From positions 256,001-320,000 of IMG/VR virus record IMGVR_UViG_3300047160_036266: a DNA stretch of 64,000 nt. The stretch is one strand, 5' to 3'. The DNA comes from a virus. Its lineage: Duplodnaviria; Caudoviricetes. The position numbers and the translations under genes were made by a program. This document shows, piece by piece, positions 35,532 through 44,076 of the stretch. Position 1 is the first letter of the stretch, and the number at the start of each line of letters is the position of its first letter. Below the pieces are notes generated by a model. It saw only the letters and a program-made list of their open reading frames with translations, had not been told where the DNA came from and did not search any database.

Positions 35532-36047
35532 ATGGGCGTCCTACGAGGCAAGCGGTGTTATTTGTCAGGGCCGATCCAGTACGACGATACCGGGCACAAC
35601 TGGCGGGAAGGCCCACGCAAGGTGCTGGTCGAGGAATTTGGCATCGACCTGTTCGATCCCTTTGAAGACCCCAAACAGCAGTGGGTGCCTATGCTCATGG
35701 ATGCGCAAGTGCGCAAGGACTACGACACGATGCAGCGGATTTCCCGCCAGTTCGTGCGCAAGGACTTGTGCATGGTGGACCGGAGCGACTTCATCATCTC
35801 CTACCTGCCGTTTAAGATGCCCACTACCGGCACCCACCACGAGATCATCAACTCGGTGAATGCGAAAAAGCCCACCCTCCTGGTCTGCCCGCAGGGGAAG
35901 GAATTTGTGCCGTTGTGGTACTACGGCTTCATCCCCCACGAGGTCATGTTCGGAAGCTGGGACGAGGTTTATCGTTATTTGCGGGATGTCGAGGCCATGA
36001 AGCACACCGAGAATAATCGGTGGGCTTATGTTTATGGATTGGTGTAA
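35532..36047 (+). CDS. Nucleoside 2-deoxyribosyltransferase-like protein
   Basis: YLSGPI, LFDP, KDLCMVDRSDFIISYL and GTHHEI (GTxxE catalytic Glu); SD GGAGG. Confidence 0.8.
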   Translation: MGVLRGKRCYLSGPIQYDDTGHNWREGPRKVLVEEFGIDLFDPFEDPKQQWVPMLMDAQVRKDYDTMQRISRQFVRKDLCMVDRSDFIISYLPFKMPTTGTHHEIINSVNAKKPTLLVCPQGKEFVPLWYYGFIPHEVMFGSWDEVYRYLRDVEAMKHTENNRWAYVYGLV

Positions 36048-36048
36048 A

Positions 36049-36303
36049 ATGAAACGCGACGAATGGATACGAGAACGGGCTTATCATCTGTGGCAGCAGC
36101 AGGGTTGTCCAGACAAGCGTGACCTGGACTTCTGGCTGGCTGCCGAACGCGAATATACCGCCGATCACATCTGTATTATGTCGCTGGGCCACTGCGATCA
36201 CCAGATTTCCCACCCGACTGTGGCGGGCGGTCATGTGGCCATTTGTGACGAAACAACGGACTGTTGCAACCTGGCTCGCCACTATCTGCCTGGCGTTCAC
36301 TAA
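36049..36303 (+). CDS. DUF2934-domain protein with a Cys/His-rich C-terminus
   Basis: IRERAYHLWQQQGCPDKRDLDFWLAAERE matches the DUF2934 pattern. Confidence 0.75.
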   Translation: MKRDEWIRERAYHLWQQQGCPDKRDLDFWLAAEREYTADHICIMSLGHCDHQISHPTVAGGHVAICDETTDCCNLARHYLPGVH

Positions 36304-36884
36304 CAGATTTTCGCGCCGGCGATGGCCTTGAACCGACAACCCTTTTCAATAGCCGCCATCGACCAGAAGAGCTTGCACAGTTCGAGGGGGTTCTTGTCGG
36401 CCATGTCTCCGACCAGCTTGAAGGTATTGCGGTGCATGAGGATGCCGTTGAGCGTCCCCTCGTAGAAGATATATTTGCCCTCGGCAATAGGGAAGAGGAT
36501 GTCGGTGTCTTTTTCCACGAAGAGGGAGTATTTCTTGTCAAGGTTGGGGCGGACGTAGCTGCCCGCTATTACCAGCATATTCCAGTCAGCCTTGGCGTGC
36601 TTCATGCCGACGTTGATGAGGGAAGTGATCGTGTCTTTCCCTTCGTAGGTTTCACACTGCTTTTTTAACGCTTTCACGTCATCGGCGTGCATGGAGTCGC
36701 TTACCGTCACGATCATAGGGGCGGCGGGATAGTTCCTTTGCAGGTTGGCTATCGTGGAGCGAACGTGGCCCAGATTGTTGTCCGCACAGAGGACGACAAA
36801 ACCGATTTGCAGCGGTTTATAGTGATAAAGCTTTGACTGCCCGTTAGCTGAGGGCGATGTCAAAGTCGATTCGGATGGTGTCAT
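36300..36884 (-). CDS. GT-A/GT2-like glycosyltransferase, divergent
   Basis: IGFVVLCAD..HVRSTIANL..MIVTVSD..NVGMKHAKADWNMLV resembles a GT2 N-terminal domain. Start is uncertain. Confidence 0.5.
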   Translation of the reverse strand: MTPSESTLTSPSANGQSKLYHYKPLQIGFVVLCADNNLGHVRSTIANLQRNYPAAPMIVTVSDSMHADDVKALKKQCETYEGKDTITSLINVGMKHAKADWNMLVIAGSYVRPNLDKKYSLFVEKDTDILFPIAEGKYIFYEGTLNGILMHRNTFKLVGDMADKNPLELCKLFWSMAAIEKGCRFKAIAGAKIC

Positions 36885-37617
36885 TTAACGTAATCGCATT
36901 CTGTAGGATAAAGCCCAGGTGATCCACAGTCGGCGTAAACTGGTTCAAGGTCCAGGGGGCCGATATGTTGGCACTTGGGACGTAAACCGGCCCAGAGCTA
37001 CTTAACCTGACTCCATTGATAAACACTCGCAAGCTGCCATCCATATACTGCGTCGGCAAACCCGTCGTGTAGTTCTGATAATTAGTGCTGACGGGCGAAA
37101 CGTCATAATAGTGCCGATGGATTGCGTCCACGGGGAACGCCAGTTGTGCCGAAACCTTATTCGGTGGCGTCACGACCCAGGTGATGGCCCACGACGGTTC
37201 AAGGACAATCGGCCCTTGATTGAACATGACGATGTTTGAGATCGTCTGCACGTCTATGGTCATGTTGGTCGCTTCATCATTGACCAACGCGAGTTTGTCC
37301 CGCTCGGCCTGCTGCATTCGGACATAAGCAACGCTGTCCGGCCCAATGCCGTCCGTATGATAGCCGATATTGTGCAGGCAGTTATCAACTGCCGCTGGCT
37401 TGAGTGACCCGTCGCCGTTCAGCGACATGCCCAAGCGCTGCGCCAGCGTTGATTGCGTGCCTACCGAGTTTTGGATGTCGTTTTGAACGATGTCCACGGC
37501 GTCGTTGACAACCCCAATGCGGGTGATTAAAGCGTGCAACGGCAGGTTGTCGAAATCAACGTGGTACGGTTGAAGGGCATTATAAAGCGGTACAGGTATC
37601 AGGTCAAGTTCAGGCAC
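36844..37617 (-). CDS. Probable virion structural protein
   Basis: 257 aa, GTG start with SD AAGGAGG; C-terminal SLRVFINGVRL...F...D.IRIDF beta-sandwich pattern. Confidence 0.65.
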   Translation of the reverse strand: MPELDLIPVPLYNALQPYHVDFDNLPLHALITRIGVVNDAVDIVQNDIQNSVGTQSTLAQRLGMSLNGDGSLKPAAVDNCLHNIGYHTDGIGPDSVAYVRMQQAERDKLALVNDEATNMTIDVQTISNIVMFNQGPIVLEPSWAITWVVTPPNKVSAQLAFPVDAIHRHYYDVSPVSTNYQNYTTGLPTQYMDGSLRVFINGVRLSSSGPVYVPSANISAPWTLNQFTPTVDHLGFILQNAITLNDTIRIDFDIALS

Positions 37618-37625
37618 GGTCCTCC

Positions 37626-38141
37626 TTACAGGCGATCTCGCAATATTCCTAAGTTATATAGGTCCAGTTCGAGAAAGCTTTGCCAGACATCCTTGGCCTC
37701 GGCAAATATCTGTGAATTGTCCTGAAACCAGCGTACTTCCTTGCCAACCGCCTCGCCGTAGTTGCCCAGCAGTTCCTCGCCCGGTTCGATGTCCCGCAGG
37801 GCCATGTACACGATCTCTCCGGCGTGCTGACTGCGTTTGGGCAAGTTCTTCACCCAACGTAGTTCCACGTTTTGCAGGCTAGGATCGTCGGTGTGGTTCA
37901 CCATGCCGCCATAGCCCATCGGTACGATATAGGCGGTGAATTTCTCCCTGGGCGCGAACTTGTAGCGGTTCGCATAATGGGTGCAATGGTCCGCTGCGGA
38001 ACTGCAACGAACCAGCACCCCGATGACCTCCAGGTAGTCGCCCTTGGGAATTTGCTCCAGAGCGAAACAGCCCAGGCCGGCGTTGGCCAGGGTGCTGGTC
38101 TTGATGCAAAAGCGGGTATCGGTTTCGTCAACGATGTACAT
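37626..38141 (-). CDS. SET-domain protein (putative lysine methyltransferase)
   Basis: GLGCFALEQIPKGD (motif I), GYGGMVNH (NHS motif) and ALRDIEPGEELLGNYG (ELxxxY). Confidence 0.88.
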   Translation of the reverse strand: MYIVDETDTRFCIKTSTLANAGLGCFALEQIPKGDYLEVIGVLVRCSSAADHCTHYANRYKFAPREKFTAYIVPMGYGGMVNHTDDPSLQNVELRWVKNLPKRSQHAGEIVYMALRDIEPGEELLGNYGEAVGKEVRWFQDNSQIFAEAKDVWQSFLELDLYNLGILRDRL

Positions 38142-38446
38142 TACTCCTCGCTCTCTGCCAGGCGTGGTCCGCCGTGGTCGATCATACCGGCCTGGATGCC
38201 GTCGTATATTTCTTCCAGAGTGTATTCGGCACCGACGAACTCGTTGAAGCTATTTACAAAATGCGCCATGATGTCGCCGTGGACTGCCTTCCTCAAATGG
38301 GGGTTCTGGTTACAGTAAATAACGGCGCTCCGCAAGGAATCTTCTTCTATCAGGTAGTCAAATAGCTGATCGTCAACAAATAGCGCGTTGATTTCCTTGC
38401 CGCACTCCTCGTTGTGAACCCGCCGGATTTCTATTTTCTTAGACAA
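38141..38446 (-). CDS. Hypothetical protein
   Basis: 101 aa, TTG start, overlapping both neighbours. Confidence 0.65.
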   Translation of the reverse strand: MSKKIEIRRVHNEECGKEINALFVDDQLFDYLIEEDSLRSAVIYCNQNPHLRKAVHGDIMAHFVNSFNEFVGAEYTLEEIYDGIQAGMIDHGGPRLAESEE

Positions 38447-38918
38447 AGGACAACCTCCAGTTCCATGTAATTTGCATCTGTGCCGTTTTGCTCAGGTCAG
38501 GGAAGGTCGCCATGCTATACAGATCGCCTGAATTCATTTGCAACGCCATCTCATTCAATGTAAATCCGTTGGCCTCTTGAAAAGTGATTACCGAAGTAAA
38601 GAGGGCCTGGGTTGGCGCTGTCTGGTCGATGCTTGCCATGACTGGCTTGTTGGCACGGGTAACACCGAACAGGCCGTTCCTCTCGGTGCTGACAAACTTT
38701 ATCGTGCCGCCGCTCGTCCCACCATCGCCAAAGATCATGCGGGAAATGAAGAAATCATAAGCAGGGCCAATCTGGTTGGTTAGGCTTTGGGCCAACGCCT
38801 GCCGCCCCAAGCGCAGGATGGTATTGGGAAACCGGATGACCTCTTTTGGCCGGTCGTCCTGGTACTCTATGACCGCCTCGACACATCCTTTAATTGTCAA
38901 TGCGTCCTCTTTGTTCAT
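38439..38918 (-). CDS. Tail-collar/fibre-attachment-like protein
   Basis: ISRMIFGDGG...EANGFTLNEMAL...GDLYS pattern typical of phage tail fibre N-terminal (collar) domains. Confidence 0.6.
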   Translation of the reverse strand: MNKEDALTIKGCVEAVIEYQDDRPKEVIRFPNTILRLGRQALAQSLTNQIGPAYDFFISRMIFGDGGTSGGTIKFVSTERNGLFGVTRANKPVMASIDQTAPTQALFTSVITFQEANGFTLNEMALQMNSGDLYSMATFPDLSKTAQMQITWNWRLSFV

Positions 38919-41900
38919 ATCTCTCCTTTTTCCTTAGTCCCGTCTGCATACTCGATGGTAAATTGGACGGACTCGCCTTGTGCGATTGAATCCACGACCT
39001 GGCCAGCGGGCTTGTTAAGCTGACTGAACAAGAATTGGGGCGGGGCAGCGCCCAGCACGGCGTTCAAGTCCTGGTCGTTCGTGATAATCTCCTTCCCTCG
39101 CCGGTCGATCTGGTCAAATCTCATCCCCTGAATCGTGTACGGCTGCTTGATATACTGGTAGATATTGAACGTCACCGTAGTTCCTCCGGCTGCCAGCGTT
39201 TTCCACGGATATTGAGTACCCGTGAGCGTCAAATGGGCACCGTTTATTGCTGCAATAGAGTAGTAATCCGTGCCGATAACCACCAGGAAGTCTTCCTTGA
39301 AGTAACTGTTGTCCAGCGGCGTGGCCGGCGGATTCGAGCCGTTGCTGATTCCCAACGAAGACTCCAGGTTGGTGCCGGCGTTAAGCTCCTGACCCACATA
39401 ACCCAAATACCCTATCTGATTATCCGCCAAGCGGTTATAGATGTGGATGGTGCGGCTGCCGACGTTGCCCAAGGTCCAACCCAAAATATGGAACTTCTGG
39501 ATGAGAGCGCCGTTGGGAACGAAATCGCTGATCTGATACTGCCCGCCCGCCGAATCCAGCATGTACTGGCCTATCTTGGTAACGGTCGTCAAATCGGACA
39601 TCATACTATCGTTGCTGATGTCCACCAAGGCACGGGGAGTGATAATCAGACTGCCCGTGGTACTGCTGGCCACCTGCACGCTGGTGTCCGTGAGGACGTT
39701 ATAAGTGATCCCCGTAACATTGCTCGGTGGCAGAGTGCTGGTGTAATCCAGAACCAGTCCGCCGTTTGGCAATACTTGATTCACGGTGTAGGGTGTGGCG
39801 GAATAGGCGGGGATTTGTATTTTCCACGGGCCTCCACTCTGTCCGTGAGCAATGTCCCACTCAGAAACAACACCAAGCTCGGAGAACGATAGGTTGGTGT
39901 CCTGCAATTCCACCAAGTTGTCTTGGGTGATGCTTGCTGCCGTATTTGCGTACACATTATTGGAAAGCCGGAAGGTGAAGGGGGCGGTGCTAACCGGCTC
40001 TGTCAAGGTGGTGGGGGCAATAGGGGCGATGTTCGCGTAATTCGTATTTGGTAAGGTTAGCAAATATTGCCCGGCAAGGGGCGAGGGGGCCAAAATCTCA
40101 AGGACATTATGACCCCCCAAGTTCATGCCGATGCGACTGAAGTTTACCAGCGGGCAGGCGATAACAATGTTGTCGTTGTAGGCGGTGCCGCTGGAGTTGT
40201 TGACGACCAGAGTGCTGTTAGCCAGCACGTTACGTTTTACCTGGGCCACGTCAAATCCCCCAAACATAGCCCGGCTGAACACATATTGTGCGCCGCCAGC
40301 TACGACTTCTTCTTGTCCTGTGTACTGCACAAGAGTTTCGATGGTTTCTACGGGTGACTGGATAAACTCATCCACACCGCCGCTGAAGTTGATGGCGTGG
40401 AGGACGGCGTGGAATGGCACAAAATCCCTGATGATTTCCTGGGCTTCGAGGAGCCGGTCGTTGGACAGGTTTTGAATCTCCAGGTCCAGGCTAAATTTGC
40501 TGCCCTGGCACTGGCTACAAGGGTCGAGGAAATCCTTATCAATGTCGCAGGGCAGGTAGGAGTCACGGAGGCTGCCGTTGTACTCGTCCATCATGTAGGC
40601 ATTTTCGGAATATGGAAACTCAGTGCGTATCTTGCCGAAGATGACATCCTCTTGGAATGGATGCCTGTTCGGGATGATGACGCCGAACATCGGATCGTCT
40701 TCGTCCATGATCCGTACATTCCAGTTCTTGAGCGGTGCAATTTGTGCCCGCTCATCCCGTTGGTCAGCCAGCGGTAGCATCCTGATGTAATTCTCCACAA
40801 GTTGGCGATTGGGATTAGGCACCGGGCTGACCAGATAGAGGATGAGGATGCTGTCGCCCGGCTGTAGCGGTGGCCCAACCCATGTCATGGTCGTAATACC
40901 TTGAGTGGTGTTGAAATTAACGTAGGCCAGGTTGGTCAGGGTGTAGCTGGCGTCAGCGGCGTGGCGGATAGACAACTGGAAGTTGGCGGGGTCCACGGGC
41001 TGCGCCATATTGGTCAGGACGAAGGTATTGGCCCCCTCGAAATCGAACTGATCCTGCCAGGTGTACGGGGAGATCACCTGCCACATGCGGGTGAATTTGG
41101 TCATATTCATGCCCGCCTGCTGGAAAGCCTCCTGTAATGCCGTTATACTGCCCTTGCCTTTCAACAGGGGGATCGCACGCTTGATCTGCCGCCGCCACCG
41201 GGTCGGATCACTCGATCTGAGTTTCAGGTTAAACAGTCGGGCGAGCAGAGGTAAAAGGGCCTCGGCGGTAGCGTTGGCATCCAGAAGGTCCACAATCTGA
41301 TTCGCCAGGTTCTCCAAATCGGTAAAACCCTTGGCCACAGCGTTGTTAAGGCTCGTCAAGGTCGGCTGCGTCAGGTCATTTACCGCCAGGGGCGTTGTGT
41401 AGACCAACGGCAGATATTGAGTCAGTAGTGTTTCGTACTTCCCAGGCTTGGTCTGGTGCGTTGGAATGCTGGTTGTTGCTTGCGTGTCGCCCAAAAGCGT
41501 GAATTTGTCATGGGCCGACTGACTGGTGCCGGCTGGTAGCATGGCCCAGGTCCAGCAAATGAAGTAATCTCCCTCGCGCACCCCGACCGGGTTCCAGGCG
41601 AACTGAAAGTGACCAAACTGCGGATTGCCCTGGTCGTCCGTGGGAATGTTTTGTAGCGGCGAGTTGTCAGGATCGGTGCTGAGCCACGCTGGAAAATCCG
41701 CATTGCCAATAACGGCAATGGGCGTGGCTTCATTAAAGTAAACGGGTGCCACCGTCGCTTGGGATGCCGCCGCCTGCTGGGCAACCTTGGCCGCTTCGAT
41801 ATTCTCCGGCGTCGGGTTATCACATGCCAGTTGTACGGCCTCTTGGACACTGGTTAATGCCGCCTGAGCGTATATGAGTTGGTCATATTCCGCCGGATTG

Positions 41901-42052
41901 CCCAGGGCAAAGTCTCGCTCGACGTAAAAGATCGTGACACTGTTGACAATATACGGATTGGCGCTGAAGCAGTCGTCCGCATCTGGCGTCAGAATGTCGA
42001 ACAGCACCGTATCATTGATGGTCGGGTTTTGATCTATCGTCTTAACTGCCAT
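38915..42052 (-). CDS. Large baseplate wedge subunit (gp7/P2 gpI-like domain)
   Basis: LLDANAT.EALLPLLARLF...R.QIKRAIPLLKGKGS motif; directly downstream of the gp6-like gene. Confidence 0.7.
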   Translation of the reverse strand: MAVKTIDQNPTINDTVLFDILTPDADDCFSANPYIVNSVTIFYVERDFALGNPAEYDQLIYAQAALTSVQEAVQLACDNPTPENIEAAKVAQQAAASQATVAPVYFNEATPIAVIGNADFPAWLSTDPDNSPLQNIPTDDQGNPQFGHFQFAWNPVGVREGDYFICWTWAMLPAGTSQSAHDKFTLLGDTQATTSIPTHQTKPGKYETLLTQYLPLVYTTPLAVNDLTQPTLTSLNNAVAKGFTDLENLANQIVDLLDANATAEALLPLLARLFNLKLRSSDPTRWRRQIKRAIPLLKGKGSITALQEAFQQAGMNMTKFTRMWQVISPYTWQDQFDFEGANTFVLTNMAQPVDPANFQLSIRHAADASYTLTNLAYVNFNTTQGITTMTWVGPPLQPGDSILILYLVSPVPNPNRQLVENYIRMLPLADQRDERAQIAPLKNWNVRIMDEDDPMFGVIIPNRHPFQEDVIFGKIRTEFPYSENAYMMDEYNGSLRDSYLPCDIDKDFLDPCSQCQGSKFSLDLEIQNLSNDRLLEAQEIIRDFVPFHAVLHAINFSGGVDEFIQSPVETIETLVQYTGQEEVVAGGAQYVFSRAMFGGFDVAQVKRNVLANSTLVVNNSSGTAYNDNIVIACPLVNFSRIGMNLGGHNVLEILAPSPLAGQYLLTLPNTNYANIAPIAPTTLTEPVSTAPFTFRLSNNVYANTAASITQDNLVELQDTNLSFSELGVVSEWDIAHGQSGGPWKIQIPAYSATPYTVNQVLPNGGLVLDYTSTLPPSNVTGITYNVLTDTSVQVASSTTGSLIITPRALVDISNDSMMSDLTTVTKIGQYMLDSAGGQYQISDFVPNGALIQKFHILGWTLGNVGSRTIHIYNRLADNQIGYLGYVGQELNAGTNLESSLGISNGSNPPATPLDNSYFKEDFLVVIGTDYYSIAAINGAHLTLTGTQYPWKTLAAGGTTVTFNIYQYIKQPYTIQGMRFDQIDRRGKEIITNDQDLNAVLGAAPPQFLFSQLNKPAGQVVDSIAQGESVQFTIEYADGTKEKGEI

Positions 42053-42059
42053 GTCTTCC

Positions 42060-43619
42060 TTATTCGTACATGAATGTTACCGTAATCATATCGGGTCGAA
42101 TTATCTCATAGAACTCGGTGGTAACTATCGTCCCGGAGTTCGCCGGATCATTAGTGACGAAGTTGATTTCATAGCGGGAAACCTGGCCGATAGTGGATAG
42201 TGCCTTCACGATGTCCGAGTCGCGCAACGTCTGGCCGTATTCCCAATTGGTCAGGGCGAAGAACGACTTAACCAAATTGGTGATCCTGATGTTATATTGG
42301 TCTTGGAACTTCTTGTAGGACTTGTCCATTATCACTTCGATCCCGACATCCACCAGGACCACAACGCCGTCTTTGATACACACAAAATCCGTCACCATTT
42401 GCAGCCCTGCTAGATATTCTTGCAGGGCCACTTTAAGCTCGTTAGGGGCGGTTATCAGGCCAGCCGGCGGGCCGTTGGTGCCGTCGTAGGCCAGCACATA
42501 AATGTCCACCACGTTGGCGGCACAACCGTAATTTCTCAGTACCGCCGTACTCTTGCCGACCTTGCCGTTGTACGGTGTGGCAAATTGGTCGCACAAGGTC
42601 TTGTAGTCCTGGGCCGTCACGGCTCGGTTTTGCGTCTGCAAATAAGCGGGTAATTTTTGGCGTATGTCATCAATGGTATCGCCATCGTAACCGAATTCAC
42701 CCTTGGTATAATTGGACAGATTGACCGGCACCGGGAATTGGATGCCGCTGACATTCGCAATGGTTTCGGTGTTTACGAAGTTGGTTACAATGTTGCCTTT
42801 GACCCCGCCTCCGACCCGATAGACTGCCTGAATAACGGACCCGGTGGATGGAATCAAACCGGCCAAATTGTTACCAAAAATAATGAAGGCGCTGTACGTT
42901 GAATCGTACTCAACTCGGTACTCACGCCTGGGGTTCGAGTCGGTAAAGTAGTCCACCCGTTCCCAATAAACCCCGTCTACGCTCACCTGAATAGAGCCAT
43001 AGATCACCGGGAAAAACGCTAGAGTGTAGTTCTGGTTGGGCTGGCCGTTGCCCACGAACTGATCGGTATAGGTAATGCCCTCCAGGCCAACGACATTGTT
43101 GTTGACGGCGCTGCCGGCCACGATCATGATGTCCTGGCCGAAAATGGGATTGTTATTGGAATCTGCCGGGTACAGTTCTATGGTCATGTTCTGGTCGCCA
43201 AAGTTCACCTGTACATCGAGGGGAGCGGGCATGGTCAGGTCTTGCAACAGCGGGTTGTTTATTTTGGCACTCCACATGGAGCGGGCCGCAATAGGAGGAG
43301 TCGGCTGGAAACCCACAAGCCTTGCCAGGCGGAACGCATTGTCTATCTCAGTTACCGTGTCAATGAATACCTCGTTGGCGATCTGGTCGGTCTTGAAAGA
43401 CAGGGTATCCGCCAGGAATGCCCAATTCTCGATCAGCATGATGGCCAGGTCCGATTCTACAAAGTCGTTGAACTGGTCGCCAAACTGCTGCTGAATGTAA
43501 TCCACCAATCGGGCCTTCATCGACCAGAAATCCTGGTTCGTGTAGTTGAGGTTGAATATATTTGGTGGGACGCTCGCTTGTGATTGCGCAAACGGTGTCA
43601 CTGGACAATCATTAGGCAT
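42060..43619 (-). CDS. Baseplate wedge subunit (T4 gp6 / baseplate J-like)
   Basis: DFWSMKARLVDYI..FNDF.ESD..MLIE; FGNNLAG.IP; GGGVKGN; QNRAVTAQDY. Confidence 0.88.
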   Translation of the reverse strand: MPNDCPVTPFAQSQASVPPNIFNLNYTNQDFWSMKARLVDYIQQQFGDQFNDFVESDLAIMLIENWAFLADTLSFKTDQIANEVFIDTVTEIDNAFRLARLVGFQPTPPIAARSMWSAKINNPLLQDLTMPAPLDVQVNFGDQNMTIELYPADSNNNPIFGQDIMIVAGSAVNNNVVGLEGITYTDQFVGNGQPNQNYTLAFFPVIYGSIQVSVDGVYWERVDYFTDSNPRREYRVEYDSTYSAFIIFGNNLAGLIPSTGSVIQAVYRVGGGVKGNIVTNFVNTETIANVSGIQFPVPVNLSNYTKGEFGYDGDTIDDIRQKLPAYLQTQNRAVTAQDYKTLCDQFATPYNGKVGKSTAVLRNYGCAANVVDIYVLAYDGTNGPPAGLITAPNELKVALQEYLAGLQMVTDFVCIKDGVVVLVDVGIEVIMDKSYKKFQDQYNIRITNLVKSFFALTNWEYGQTLRDSDIVKALSTIGQVSRYEINFVTNDPANSGTIVTTEFYEIIRPDMITVTFMYE

Positions 43620-44076
43620 TGGTTACTCCTGGGTTTAAGTTGACGTTTACTGGCGTCGTTGCGCTGGCAAGCGGCACTTCCAATCTTAACTCCTGTACTT
43701 CTTTCATATTCTCCGGGTCAAAGAATAATATCTTGATGCTCAATATGTGGTCTATGTCCGTCTTGGTATCAAGTGGATTTAGTTCGTCTTCAGAAACACC
43801 GTTCGATACGTCGATCTGCGACACCGTAATGCGTGGCTCCCACATCTGAATGCTGTTGATAATCATTTGTTTGGCACTGTCCGCCAACAAGTCATCGTTC
43901 TGCTCGAATATAAGAGTGTTCAGCGGAGTACCATAATCAGGCAGCATCACCCGCTCGCCTGGGTTCGTCAATAATAGCTGCAACAGGTCCGATTTTACTT
44001 GTTCAATTCCATGCTGAACGTGCAGCAGACCTCTGGGATGAACCGTGATTGGATACGGCGCTCCTAGAAACTTCAT
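43612..44076 (-). CDS. Baseplate gp25-like sheath initiator
   Basis: LLLTNPGERVMLPDYGT.L...IFE...I..WEPRI motif. Confidence 0.9.
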   Translation of the reverse strand: MKFLGAPYPITVHPRGLLHVQHGIEQVKSDLLQLLLTNPGERVMLPDYGTPLNTLIFEQNDDLLADSAKQMIINSIQMWEPRITVSQIDVSNGVSEDELNPLDTKTDIDHILSIKILFFDPENMKEVQELRLEVPLASATTPVNVNLNPGVTNA

